Positions 23,495 through 38,584 are shown, numbered from the stretch's first letter. The stretch is DNA of 64,000 nucleotides from Octopus vulgaris (GCA_951406725.2 OX597816.1:119536001-119600000), one strand, 5' to 3'. Program-made: numbers and translations. Notes: generated from the letters alone by a model not told the origin.

Positions 23495-23771
23495 AATAAA
23501 GATATAAGGGGATTTTAAAATATCGAATGGCTATAAGGGTCACATGAATAAAATAGAAAACAAAGGGGTCCGAAAGAAGAAATGGTTGGGAATTACTGAT
23601 CTCGGATTATATTATCAAATGTGAGACTTCAATTTCAAGACTGCAGGGTGCAATATGAAGGAGATTTGGCAACTACCTTTAGCAGATCGGCGGTGTTATG
23701 TTGGTACGTTTTTGTTAATTTCTTGTTATCATAAATGTACAGGGATACTCGTATGAAACTGTCTATTCAGA

Positions 23772-24879
23772 GTGACTGACAATGATGAGGATAATGACCA
23801 CGGCGACAATGACGATGATGATGATGATGATGATGATGATGAGGAGGAGGAGGAGGAGGAGGACAATTTTTATGATGACGACGACGACGATGATGATGAT
23901 GATGGTGATGATGACAATTATTATGATGACGAAGACAACAATGATGATGGCGACGACGTAATGGAGATAACGAAAATGTCAATGATGATGATGATGACGA
24001 TGACGACAACGACGACGACGACAATGTTGATGATGACGACAACAATGATGATGATGACGATAATGGTAATAATGAGAATGTCAATGATGATGATGATGAT
24101 GATGATGATAACCACGTCGACCATAACGTTGACGATGACGACCAAGGTGACCAAGTCGGTGGCGCGGAGCGGCGGCAGTGACGGTGGTGGCGGCGGCGGT
24201 GGCGGCGGCGGTGGCGGCGGCGGTGGGGGCAACGGCTAGAGTGAAGCTGATAGCGGCGACAGCTAGGGTAACGACGACAACGTTGATGGCATGGCAAACA
24301 ACATTTAACATCACACCACTTTACCACCATCAACTACCAAAGGTAACCATCACCAACAGCGCAACGACAGCAGCAACAACAACAACAACAACAACAACAG
24401 CAGCAGCATCGGCAGCGTTGGCAGCGTGACTGCTTTCCTCATAGTCATTTATAGCTAGTAAAATTCTCCGCGAGGCCAGATGTAGTATTAGCATTAATGA
24501 CAAAAATCAATTGGAGAAGAGATTAATAGATTTAAGAATAGCAGAACACGCTTAATCCTGAACCCAACGGCAGTCTTTTCTGGCGTCAGGCACGGCGCTG
24601 AAACCTTTAAGGGGCCGCCATAGCACACGTGCCGGTTCATCGTCTTTGTTGCTAATGGGGCCTCGTAATTTCATATAATTGCTCTCCAGACTAGAAACAC
24701 ATCTCGTTGTTCCCTTCTTCAGCAGTTTTTACTCTTTAAGGAGTCAATGATAATGCTTTCTTTAAGTGGCTCTAAAATAGAAAATAGTAATAATAATAAT
24801 AATAAATAAATGTTCGTGAAGGGGTTGGAAGGGAGAAGGAAGGAAGAAATAAAATTGAAGGTGGTGGAGGCGGCGGCGG

Positions 24880-24940
<61 letters not shown>

Positions 24941-24983
24941 GTGGTGGTGATGGTGGTGGTGGTGTTGGTGTTGGTGGTGTTGG

Positions 24984-25032
<49 letters not shown>

Positions 25033-25067
25033 GGTGGTGGTGGTGGTGGTGGTGGTTGTGGTGATGA

Positions 25068-25101
<34 letters not shown>

Positions 25102-25260
25102 GGTGGTGGTGGTTTTTGCAGTGGTGGTGACATCTGGTGATCCTAATCATGATGATGGTGGTGACTGCGGTGGCGATAGCAGTGGTGGAGGAGTTGGTGT
25201 TATCGTCGGAGATGATGGTGAAGATGATAGCGATGATGTTGTCAATGAGGATGAAGAGGA
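23772..25260. repeat. Two compound trinucleotide fields (23772-24425 and 24860-25260) flanking a unique island
   Basis: GAT, GAC, GAG, GGC, CAA, GTT and GGT runs. Confidence 0.9.
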
Positions 25261-25706
25261 GTAAGAGAAGGAAAAAAAGGAGGACGACGGCGATGTTTAA
25301 TAGTGATACGAGTTCATAAGTTTATATGAAAGGAGCTAAAGTGGATTAGATTGGACCTAGCATATAACTGGTACTTATTTTACTGAAAATGATCGCCATC
25401 CCATATACATACGCCACGCGATTATGCCCGCTCCTGATCCTCGGAGGAAAGGAAGGCAAAACTCAATCTCCGCAGGATTCGAACTCGGAATATAAAAGAT
25501 GCTTTGTAACTAAATATCTCTAAAATCATTAGTCTGCTCATAGTTCTAATTGTGGTTGTGGCGTTTAAAGTTCATGCCTTTCACAAGGTTATTTCTCACG
25601 GACATAACTTTGACATAAAATGGACATAAAAGGAAATATTTGGGGCCCACACTAATGAACATAAAAGTATTTTAAAAACTACATATGTAAAGCAAAATAA
25701 AATATT

Positions 25707-26227
25707 GCCGCAGACGTGGTCGAGTGGTAAGAAACTTGTTTCCCAACAACGTGGTCTTGGGTTCTGTCCCAATCACAGTACCTTGGGCAAACGATAGGCG
25801 GAAACTGAAAGAAACCCACCGTGCCCCATCATGACAACCTTTAGGTTCAAACGCATAAAAGAACAAAATAAAATATATGTATGTATATACCCTCGTTCTG
25901 GTCTAACGACCCTCCATGTTTGTTTTCGTTCGGTTTCCTTCTATGTCTCCACTGTCCTGCTTTTGTTCCCAACTTTGACCCTCCGTAAATCCAAAATTCT
26001 ATTTTGCTACTTATGGGAGAAACTGCCTTCGAAGACTCATATTGTCGTTTAATGCTTGAAATGAGGATTAGATAGACAGCCGACAACTGATGAAGGGTCG
26101 TTCTTTGTGTTTCTTGTTCTGTTTTCCATTTGTTTCTCTCGTCGTTTGCGTATTGAACTCATTTGTTTTCGTATTTCATGTTGTTTACTACTGGTGACGT
26201 CCTGTACCCATATATGCATATGTATAA

Positions 26228-26258
<31 letters not shown>

Positions 26259-26470
26259 TGTATGTATGTATGTATATATATGTATATGTCTATATGTGTG
26301 TGTATGTGTTTATATCCCCGTGACATTAGCGGTTCGGTAGAAAAAGATCGATAGCATAAGTCCCAAACTAGTTTTTAAAAAATAAATACAAGGACGATTT
26401 GTTCAACTAAAAACCCCTTCAATTCAAGGCGATGCTCCAGCATGGCCGCTGTCAAAAATCTGAAACAAAT
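25707..26470 (+). mobile_element. Family-B SINE interrupted at its internal microsatellite by a ~330-bp unknown element (about 25880-26208)
   Basis: SINE head at 25707-25822 and tail at 26300-26470. The insert is bounded by TA/TATG repeats. Confidence 0.7.
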
Positions 26471-27130
26471 AGAAGATAAAGTATAAATATAAAAATAATA
26501 GTCACGAAAAAGCCAGGATGGGATAATAAAAAAAAGAAAGAATACACCTCGTAGATCCCTTATACCCTTAAATAAGTGACTCTAACTGAAGCACTATTTA
26601 TTTTATTCATTTTTGATAATCTCTTCTCTTCCCCTCCATCTTTGCTTTTCTTTGTTTTGCTTTTTTATTTTTTCCTCTTTATACTTTGTAAACACGATGT
26701 GCCACAGAATATCGAGATCGGTAATGATCAACTAAGTTTTCTTTTTTTATATAATTCTAAAGAAGGACAAAAATCCTTGAATTCTTTTCCTTCCTCTCCT
26801 TTTTTCTGTTTGATTTTTTTTTTTCGTTTTTTTTTTAAATCCGTCCCCTCACCACAGGAGAATTTATTTGTTTTTGCTTGTTTATTTGCTTTGTTTTATT
26901 ATTATTATTTCTATTTTATTTCAAGACTTATTTTTTTCTTTCTGTTTTCTTTTTCTCACCGTTCCTTAAGCTATTTCTTCCGTCTCTCTACCCATTATTA
27001 GTTTGAGATTTTTATATGTCACAACGCTGTCACTCTAACAATCTTTTTATTTGTTTTTCATGTTTTTTCTTCTTTCTTTTCTTTTTCGTTAGAACAACCA
27101 AGAAAGTATTTCGTGATCAAATTTTGGTTT

Positions 27131-28122
27131 CTTATTTCTTTACTGCCCACAAGGGGACAAACAAGGACAGACAAACGGATTAAGTCGATTAGATCGACCC
27201 CAGTGCGTAACTGGTACTTACTTAATCGAGCCCGAAAGGATGAAGGGCAAAGTCGACCTCGGCGGAATTAGAACTCAGAACATAGCGGCAGACGAAATAC
27301 CGATTTCTTTACTGCCCACAAGAGACTACACACAGAGGGGACGGATCTTTTCACTTTGACCGGCAGATTCTTAAAATAATTTTTCTGTAACTAAACACCT
27401 TTAAACTTCGTATACTGGTAGAATGTGTTACATAAAACATCTTTTTCTCTTGGCTTTCTTGAGAAAATTCTGTAGTTTGTAAGGTATTTGTTGTTTAATT
27501 TCTTGCATTTCGGCAATTTCAACAAATCAATGACGTCTATTGATGTGAATACAATTTCTGCGGTTCTTTGGCAGTAAGATTAAACTGCTATTTTTAGCAC
27601 GTTGAATTCCCATTGGCATGATTATGATTATGTAGCTACAAGAAGTGAACGTGTTTCAATTATAATTAGTTGCTGACTCCTTATGTTAAGTGCAACTCAT
27701 TGATATTCCTTTCTTTAATGCCCACAGGGAGCTAAACATAGAGGGGACAAACAAGGACAGACAAACGGATTAAATCAATTACATCGACCCCAGTGTGTAA
27801 CTGGTACTTATTTAATCGACTCCGAAAGGATGAAAGGCAAAGTTGACCTCGGCGGAATTTGAACTCAAAACGTAGCGGCAGACGAAATACCTATTTCTTT
27901 ACTACCCACAAGGGGCTAAACACAGAGGAGACAAACAAGGACAGAGGAATGGATTAAGTCGATTATATCGACCCCAGTGCTTAACTGGTGCTTAGTTAAT
28001 CGACCCCAAAAGGATGAAAGGCAAAGGCGACCTCGGCGGAATTTGAACTCAGAACCTAACGGCAGACGAAATACCGCGACGCATTTCGCCCGGCGTGCTA
28101 ACGTTTCTGCCAGCTCGCCGCC
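27131..28122 (-). mobile_element. Tandem young family-A SINE units (27131-27340 and 27706-28122) separated by unrelated sequence
   Basis: Near-identical units joined at GACGAAATAC|C(T/G)ATTTCTTT; a single head ends at 28122. Confidence 0.9.
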
Positions 28123-28559
28123 TTAAAGTATGAACATGACAGGTAGAATATTGATGTTTGGAACAGTCAGGAAAAAGTATGCCTGTATGAAAATCACAAA
28201 GAAAGAGGATAATTATGAGCAACTGCTTCGAAATCTCCAGCTCCTATATCCATATTATAATTCACATTTATACCGATAATAATAGGTGCACTTTGTTTTC
28301 TAAGTGATAATCTTAGTGATAATTGGGAAAAGCTAAAGTGTTCAGAGAAAGAAGTCAGCCAATTCGTAGATTACAGTTACAATTTGTTACCGAAATAGTA
28401 AATATATGCAAAACTTTTCTCAAGTTTAAGATGTGATATTGTATTTGTTATCTATATTCGAACGACGGAGCTTTGTATCTTTGTTAGACACCAACTCCTT
28501 CCTTATAGGAAAACTTGTAATAATTAAAAATAGGAAAGAGCATACATGTAGTCGTACAT

Positions 28560-28610
<51 letters not shown>

Positions 28611-28899
28611 CATACATAAATACATACATATACTTATGTGCATACATACACACAATGGCTATCACCTCGTCCTTAGCTTACTTGTACTTATGTACCACAA
28701 CCAGGGAGAGAGCAACATAATTAAATAGACCCTCTCTCGAGCAACAGACTTGACTGTCCTGCACCCGAATCCAAAGTCCAGAGGGCACTCAACAACCGAA
28801 GGTAGAAAGAGTCGCAGTAAATAATCGTTGGTTCACAAGAGACTCCTACACGTTTCGGCAGTTTTTTCGATCTGTAGAGTATTCACGCAGCTTCCCCAC

Positions 28900-29615
28900 C
28901 TTGGAAAAAGAAATTTCCTTGTGGCTTTGCAGATTTAGTTGCCAACGACTCGACTATGAGGCTGATAGTTCCGGTAGTTCCATTCTTACGTTAAAAGTTA
29001 TCTACAGTACCATATGAAAGCATGTAATAACAAGTATTAAACATCAGTGCATCCTTAAATACAGATGCTATCACTCGGGAACAACACCAAAGAGATACAC
29101 GCAGTATACATTGTAATAAAATAACTTAACATAAGCCTCCCATGTCTCAAGTAAAACTAGAGAAAATAAAACACCCAAAACCTTCACAACAGAATCAGGC
29201 ATTTAGACCTGAGCATGTGGCGTAATGTGATCAACATTTTCACTGAGTACTAATATTGTCTTCCAAAAGTTCTAAAATATACGTGAATTATACACTTTCC
29301 ACTCTTCGGGGAAAATTGATGATCTTAACGCATGATCTCAAGACAGGAAAGGTTACTGAAAAACAATGTTAGCTTTCAGAAACTGCAAATGTATACCTGA
29401 AGATAAAAGAAAATAAGTTATCTAACAAAAAAAAACACCTTTCCGAGGAAGATCTTAAATTATATTGGTCTAAAATCTCAAGTGAAAAGGGGTTTCAGTC
29501 GTAATACATCATGTCTAAGCAGAATCAGGTACAAAAATGTAGCAACGTCAACAGTAAGGCACACTAGAGCCCCCGAAATTGTTTACTAAAGCGATGAGAA
29601 AGCTGCATAATCCAC
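28900..29615 (+). pseudogene. Highly decayed R4/Dong-like LINE N-terminal region
   Basis: Scattered peptide remnants PPWKK, EEDLKLYWSKI and AMRKLHN in the order expected upstream of an R4 RT. Confidence 0.35.
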
Positions 29616-29745
29616 TAGGAATAGTATTTCAAGTTTTCTAGAATAAACTAGTTTCTAGAATAAACTAGTAACGAAATAACCAGTTGGCAACAGTGTAATA
29701 TTATGTTACAACAGAAGTATGTGTGTGTTTGTATACAACATATAT

Positions 29746-29916
<171 letters not shown>

Positions 29917-30680
29917 TTATATACATAATATATATATATATATATAAGGCATGCATTAAATACATATATTACATACTTCATACTTCATTTATGCAAACAT
30001 TTTAATATTATATATCTATCTGTCGATCGATCAATCTCACTTTTACTTTCTATTCCCTTCTTTCTCCCTCTGTGTGTGTACCTACATACACGCTTGCATA
30101 AATACAATTCAAACATTACACAACGTACATAATATACATACATGATTCATGCATACATACCGTACATACCATAACAAAACATAACATCAAGTTGCATACG
30201 CATACACACACACATACATGCGTAACTTTTCCTTTTAATAAAATAAATAATTTGTCATTTGAAAAAGAATATTCTCATTTCTTTGGGTTAATATCATTAA
30301 TATTTCCAAATATTTTCTACAAACATCCAATTGATATCTGTGTCGTATTTCCTAGTAATTCCTCATTACCCTTCCTACCCACTGAATAAGGAGGTGAAAA
30401 CTTAGATTGATTTCATCTGTAACTTATTATTTATTTGCTCGAAATTGCTTCCTAACTTAAGTGTTCATTACTAAATGAAATTTCTTATTTTTGTCCTTCT
30501 ACAAATGTCCATTATTGAACAAGATTTACGACTTCATTTTGTAATAAAGCTTTATATAGCCGCCATTACATCATCTGGCATTATATCTGTTTTTATAAAT
30601 CCATTTTCAATTCAACTTCTTCTTGATGCTTACTTTTCCATCCATCTATATATCTGACAGTCTATCTATCCATTATCTAT

Positions 30681-30720
<40 letters not shown>

Positions 30721-30760
30721 GTATATGCGCATATATATATATATAATGTGTGTATGTATA

Positions 30761-30831
<71 letters not shown>

Positions 30832-31274
30832 ATATACATATTATATGTGCATATGTATGTCTATATATGCATAAATGCATATACGTTCATTTATCTATTT
30901 ATTTATGTATCTATTTTTCTCTCTACTCTCTTTATATACACACTATATAGACATATACGCACATAACCATACGACGAATATGGGTAAGTTATGTGTGTGC
31001 CTGTGTTTGCGCGCGCGTTTGTGTATTCGAATGTTTGTGTGTCATACACGTTCCTGTAAGTGCGTGTGTACAGATTTATGTTTGTATAACGGTATCAAAG
31101 TTTTTGTTGAAAGAGTCAAAAGCTTTTTGGAAATAACCATCATACACAAATAGAGTGAGTGAATTAAGTGATTGTAAATATGAATTGAGGAGAAACCACG
31201 CTGTTTGTTGACTATCATTTCTAATGTGGTACTCTGCTTACTCTCTCTCTTTTCCGTTTTCTCTGTTCTTCATG

Positions 31275-31340
<66 letters not shown>

Positions 31341-33052
31341 TATAATTATATACATGCGTACATGCATAAATACATGTGTTTGTATGCGTGTTCGTGTTTG
31401 TATATTTGTGTGTATATGTATTTGTGTATGCATGAGACAGAGAAATGAGTAAGTGGTTGAATGAACGATGAAAGATGAAGTAGCTGAGTTAAAATATGCG
31501 TTTAAAGTTTTCTCAGCCGTGTTTAATGATGGCACAAGTCATCTTATTTCCCCTTCTCCTTACACATCGTTTCAGTACGAATAGGTTTGCGTGGTTACTT
31601 TTGCTTATTCACTCACCAATGTGTGTGTGTGCGTGTGTATGTGTATGCGTGTATGCATGTGTGTGGGGGGTGAACAATGAGAAGATATCGAAATATATCC
31701 AACAGACAGACAATTTGATAAATATCGCGTAAATATTATGTATAAAGAACTATCCAAAAGTCGGTACAGCCAAATGAATGCTAATGGAGTTACTTCGTCA
31801 CCGATCACAAACAGCCACACGTCACTCGACGAATTTCACACATATATAACTCCAAACTCACAAATACACTTTTAATCAGGAGCAAACACACTCTCACAGG
31901 CTCACTTATAAACTAGTATACAACAGCATTGGTCTGTAATCATATCTGTCACTGAAGATGGATATATTTTTCTATCTTCTCGTCTAGATTTATCCATTAA
32001 ACGGAATACGAAATCCATCTGTCAATAGAAATGAATTTCATCTTCTTTCCATCTATCAAGAATTTATCAGTCAAAGGAAGATATGAATTGCTCACTGACC
32101 ATAATAACAACACCAACCAAGAACATCCTTCGTTTACACGGTTTAATTTATGGCGAATATAAGATGAGAAATGATCCGAGCTCTTCTGTAAAGTGAAATC
32201 AGTAATAGTCGGATTGTATCTGTAACAAGAGCTTGCCAATGATCTCGTTGGTCCTGCCACATCGATCCTAAGACACTATACGATAATATCACCGCAAGTA
32301 AAATGAACATTTTATACGTAAAAATGGTGCTGATTGCTTTTCCCAGTGCTTGTAAACGCGAATAGGAAAAGAGAGAAAGCGGAAAAGAGGAGAGCGCAAA
32401 GAAAAAAGAGAAGATAGTTGATTTGCTCTCAAACTCTGTTGTTAAACAAGGAACTTAATATTCGGGCGTTTTTCGGTTGGTATGGAAGCTTAAATATGAT
32501 AAATGCGTTGCAAATGACAGTCGAGTAAGATATTAGTTAGTATGCTATAGTTTTCGTGTCACTAAATAAAATTGATTTTCTCATCTAATTTCGACACTAC
32601 CGTGATAGTTTATGAAGATTTGAATGGTCTGTCAGATATTTTAGTTTATTTTATTATTCACTTATGAGATATGCCTGTTTATTTGAACTGTCACGCTAAA
32701 AGTTTGTTGCATTTATTTATATAGACGTTGATCTTGTCACGGTTAAGTTTTCACGGTGATGATTACGAAATCTGTATACTATAGTGTTTTCGAAGTGTTT
32801 AGAAATTATATAAAAGAGCCTTCAATTATAATAAAATATGTAGAAACAAAACACTTATGTTAGTCCTACCGACCAGGTTTCGTTCTTCTTTGTTCTGTTT
32901 TCTTTCTCAAGACTTATACATAAATACCAATAGCACTTTTTTCTTTAGCTAATTTATATATCTATTTTCATTATTCTCTATTTAGACGCTTATAATTTTC
33001 CTAGCAGCATAGCGCAATACATCCTCCATATTTGGGTATATGTATGTGTGTG

Positions 33053-33106
<54 letters not shown>

Positions 33107-33108
<2 letters not shown>

Positions 33109-33973
33109 CGTTGGTCAAACGGGACGCTGCTTGGCTGACCGGTTCACGGAGCACCTCCGAGACATTAGACTCGGCAATGACAACCCGATCTCGCGCCATT
33201 TCTGCTCTATCGGTCAGTCATTACAACACCTGTCTGTGTTCGGATTGTCTTTGTACAGGGGCCATCCGGACTCCCGCCTTCGCCGTGAACACAAATTAAT
33301 ATTCCCTCTTCGCTCCTTTGCGCCACATGGGTTCAACTCCCCTCTTCATCTGACTTCCCGCTTCTCCTCTCTTCCTCTGACACCTACTTCCTCTCTTCAC
33401 TCCTACCCACCTTCTCCCTTCATCGATACCCCCTCCATCCACCCCACCCCGCACATCACACTCCCACATCCTCACCCCAAACCCACACTCCATCCTCACA
33501 TCCCCACACCCCAGCACTGCCACACTGCACACCACTACACCACGTCACACAACCACGCACACACTAGCACTGACCACTTCCAAGCACCCACACCATCATC
33601 CATACACCTACACATTACAGACGCACACACTTACACACGCACACATCCACACGTAAAAGTCATCAGCCCCTATCTACACGCACACACTTACAAACTCTGA
33701 CATACACACACGCACGCGCACCTTCGTTTTGGGATCACCAATACTTTATTATCTCCTCTTCTTCCTAGCTCTTCTGTCTAACTACCTTTGTCCACCCACT
33801 CGCCATGATTGACCGTTAATTCCTAAAGTTTTTTATTCTCTCTCTGTTTATTTCCTCGTTTTCCTTTCTGTTGAAGAGCGTAGGCTCGAAGCGTAAAAGA
33901 CTTTCTCACCTTCCCGAGCATTAAAATAACACACCTGCTTGTTTATACACCTGTTTTCCTGTAAATTTCAATC
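33107..33973 (+). mobile_element. 5'-truncated Penelope-like element (Neptune-type GIY-YIG end, 3' region, hammerhead) embedded in (TA)n
   Basis: YVGQTGRCLADRFTEHLRDI...ISRHF...RLRREHKLIFPLRSFAPHGFN at 33107-33338. (TA)n abuts both ends. Confidence 0.85.
33863..33900 (+). ncRNA. Second copy of the A6U minimal hammerhead (A15.1G, probably inactive)
   Basis: CTTT-CTGTTGA-A-GAGC(GTAG)GCTC-GAA-GCGT-A-AAAG. Confidence 0.65.
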
Positions 33974-34153
33974 ATATATATATATATATATATATAAAGA
34001 ACATTAAGACTCATGAGAAATATTAATTTTAGTGGCCACCAGCTAAAGCCGTATAGGCAAAATAATTAGATATATATAAAAACAATTAGATATAAGAAGG
34101 GTGCTTTAAAAAAAACCCAGCTTTGCTGAATAAGGAGTTAAAAACCCTCTGAA

Positions 34154-34205
<52 letters not shown>

Positions 34206-35208
34206 ATATCTATGTGTTTATTACTGTTGTTACTTTATATATTTCATTTGAATTTTTTACTGTTGTTAAAGTCTTTCCTTTCTAATCCATATTATGCTCT
34301 AATGATTAAAGTACTAGTGCTGATTTCTTAAATAATTATGTAATTTATCGGAAAGATGAGATCGTGACGCGTTTATCTTTTCTTAAGGTCATAAGCAACG
34401 TATGAGAAGCTTTTATTGCAAACACGGCACTTGCAGCAAATATTTTTAATGGCGTGATTTAAATATATCTTAAAGTTTCTACACATGACTACATAGATAG
34501 AATTCAAATGTAATCTGTAATAACACGTTATATCTTATAACATATATTACTTGATGTAGGGATACTTTTATGAAAAGCTGAAACTGTCCAAATCAACGCG
34601 TAAGATTAATACTTAACCATGGCTTCTGAAACATAATTTCCATTACGTTTTATAAGAAACTCTTCGGTTCAAATATACCTAACATTTCGCCCATTAGCGT
34701 TTAAGTGTAAAGACTCTCAATCCACACCAGTGTTCTAAATTGACAATAAACGGTAAATACAGCGTATGAATAACAATACGTAAACATATTTAGTATTAAT
34801 GCATTTAGAAAATATGCAATAATACAGCTATCAAAGACAAACTCTTGTAACATGCATCTCTGTAAGATATAAATGACAAAAGGATGGCAAGTTATGGAGA
34901 GGATTAAAGTATCCCAGCATACTCTTACTCGTAAGGGGTAAAAACATCAAACGAGGAATTGTGTAGAAATGTTTCATTCTTGTCATTCTTCTAGTCGTTA
35001 CATTCCTTACAGCTGTAAATTGAGATCGAAATAAGAAGCATCATCGATGATTAATCTCACTATACTTATCTATTATTGCAAGCTGTAATATCCTTAAGAT
35101 AAAAACATCCACAGTGCTCTACCACAAATCGTTGATGATGTCAACTTGAAATAAAAAATACTTGCAGCCTCACAATATACTTAGATATACATGTCTGTGT
35201 TTGTGCAC

Positions 35209-35276
<68 letters not shown>

Positions 35277-35569
35277 AATTATATTTCTTTTATTTGTTAG
35301 ACTTTTTCCTAGAATGGTGCAGGTTTCAAACAAAGCGGCATAGATCCATTGCTGGAATTTTGGCAACAGCAATCAGAAAGTGATACATATCGAACCTCAG
35401 GAAAATCTGGTGGTGGTGGTGGTGGTGTAGTGGTGCAGTGGTGTCAGTGTTGGTGATAATATGAATGGTAGGGTACGAGTGGTGAAGGTTTGAGTGATGG
35501 TATAAGTAGCGAATGATTTGATTGGTGTATTTTCAGAGTTGATTGTATCAATAGTGTTAGTATGAGTAA

Positions 35570-35840
35570 TGGTGGTGTGAGTGATCATATGAGTGATGGT
35601 AGTTAGTATGAGTGATGGTAGTTAGTATGAGTGATGGTGATATGAGTGATGGTTGTATGAGTGATGGTGGTATGAGTATAGGCGGCGTGAGTGATGATGA
35701 CATGAATGATGGTTGTGTCTGTAGCAGTAGTATTAGTATTGGTGGTGTGAGTGATGATGGCATCAGTGATGGTTGTATGAGTGATGGTGGAATGGGTAAT
35801 GGTGGTGTGAGTGATGATGTCAGGAGTGTTGGTTATATGA
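35570..35840. repeat. Degenerate ~15-18-bp minisatellite (GT(A/G)TGAGTGATG(G/A)T)
   Basis: More than ten recurrences of GAGTGATG. Confidence 0.8.
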
Positions 35841-36715
35841 GTGATGTTGATACGAGATGAAGTGGTGAAGGCAATGGTATAAGTGGTGGCTGGTGCAAGT
35901 AATGATAGCAGCGGAGGTGGCGATGATGGTATGAGTGATGATGGTTTTGAGATGCTGCTACTGCTACGACTGTTGTTGCTGCTGCAGATGATGATGATGA
36001 TGATGACGACAACGATGATGATGATGATTGTCGTTGTTATTGTTGTTTTTGTGGTGGTGGTCGCAGTACAAGCAGTAGTAGCCATGAAATAGTGCGCTTG
36101 TGTCAATAATTATAGTAATAATGGCGGTATTGTTACTATTGTAGATGTTTCAGTTTATGAAATGTGCGTTGGTTGTGGTGATATGAATTATATCACGGAG
36201 TGTTGGTAGGATTGTTGTTATTGTTGCGGTGGGGATAGTGACGACATGGCAGTGGAGGTAGTGATGTTGTCATTGTTGTTGTTGTTGTTGATGGTGGTGG
36301 TGGTGGTGGTGATGCTTTATAGTTAATTGTGATCGCAATGGTATTGGTTTAAAATCCACACCAGACAACAGACATGATTCTGAGCCGCCTGCAATAAATC
36401 GCCAGTGTTGACAGAGCAATCAGTTGGTCAATTGATCTCACACTGAATAATTTGAACGTTGTCATAGCCGTGGCCAAGATATTGCAACTCTGTAGTGGAA
36501 ACTACGATGATGATGATGATGATGATGATGAAGGTGGTGGTTGTGGATGTGCTGCTGTTGTTCATGATGATGATGATGATGATGATAAGTGAGGTAGATG
36601 ATGATGGTGATGGTGGTGGTTTTGGTTGCTGTTGTTCTTATGGTGATGTCAATAGGGATAATTATCATGATGATGATGATGATGATGAGGAGGAGGAGGA
36701 GGAGGAGGAGGATGG

Positions 36716-36762
<47 letters not shown>

Positions 36763-37662
36763 TTGGTGATAATGATGATGAGAAAGAGATAATGTTGATC
36801 ATGATGATGATGGTGATCGCAGTTGTGGTGGTGACGGTGTTGATACCAATGACGTAATGATGATGAAGAGGTGGAGAAGGAGAAATAGAAAAAGAGGATG
36901 ATGATGAAGGTGGTGTTTATGGTTGTTGCGGTGGTGATATTAATGGTGATGATGATGATGATGATGAGGGTGCAGAAGAATCGTGATGATTATAGTGTTT
37001 GTTGTTGTGGTGGTGCTGTTGATAGTGATGATGATGAGGAGGTAGGAGTGAAAGCGGAGAAGGGGAAGGATAAAATGGTGATGGCGGTGTTGGCGTTGAC
37101 AGTGCTGGTGATGATAGTGACGATGAGAAGGAAAGGGAAGGGGAAAAGATGGTGATGGTGATGGTGGTGGTGGTGGTGGTGGTGGTGGTGGTGGTGGTGG
37201 TGATGATAATGACGACGACGACGACAACGTCAACAATGATGAAAGCTATGATGGTGATGGTGGCGATGAAAGTTGGGATCGCACTGAATATCAACCGCAT
37301 TAATCTCACCTGTTTCCCAGGACCCAACAAGGGTCATGAACAAAAGTCTATCTTCAGACTAACACCATCATAGAAATTAGTGTATGAGGACAACATCGTA
37401 ATATATTTCACACACACACATACACACACACACATGTATGTATGTATGTATGTATGTATGTATGTATGTATGTATGTATGTTTAAACATAAAATTATATA
37501 AACGACAAGGGAACATGGAATTATATAATAAATGTCATATATATACGTACATACATACATACATACATACATACATACATACATACATACATACATACAT
37601 ACATACACATACGCACACAGAAACACAGCGATACACATATATATACATACATACATACATAA

Positions 37663-37734
<72 letters not shown>

Positions 37735-38584
37735 GTATGTGTGTGTATGTATGTGTGTGTGTGTATACTTATATGCAAAAGCAATTTAACATTAAACAGA
37801 AGAATTACTCAATATTTTGTTTTTTGTTTTTTTGGTTGAGTACAAAGAGATGATTGATAATGACTTCGAAGCTCTTGTTATGGCCGTAGTCATTAGACCG
37901 TCTAATGACAACAAACAAGCCAAAACTTCGAAGTCACAATCAACATTTTCCTGATAAAAATTAAGAAGCCTAAAATTATACATAATTATAATTATATGAA
38001 AGGGAGACAATATGTCTTCCAAACAGGTGCTAAAGGATTTGTTGGACCAGCTGCAAAAGACAGAAAAGAAATTGCCACATTCGATGCAGCATTAAAAGAA
38101 ACTAGAAATTGATGTTGAGGTTATATGTTGCTTCATAGAAAGAAATGAGAATGTATGAGCGTGTGTGTGTGTGTGTGCGTATGTGGTGTGTCAGGTCACT
38201 CTTAGTGCTACTAGCACCATGTAACCTAATACGACCGGTCACATGGTCTGGCTGTCAGTGACTAAACCGACAACTCTGCTAAGCCTGCTCGGTAAGGAAG
38301 GTGGTTTTCGTTAAACACTCAGCAGGATGAAAGACAAAACCTATCATATGACGGATGAACTCAACAGACTTAATGCCGATCCAACAGCTGGGCGTGAGAG
38401 ACCCTTAGCTTTTGATTAGCTTCTCTCTGGGAGAAAGAAATTCCGAAATAACACCAGCCTCATTCTGAAGCCAGAGATTCTGTTTCTGAACTATTTGGCT
38501 ATGTAAATGAGTTTCTTGGCGATGTTGCGGAAGATGTTATTGACTTTAAATTCCAGCATGGGCATTGCTTCCTATTCTCTGCGA

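Noticed and set aside
38210-38470. Possible RTE-LINE 5'UTR remnant
   Set aside because: The resemblance is from memory only and no adjoining coding remnant supports it.
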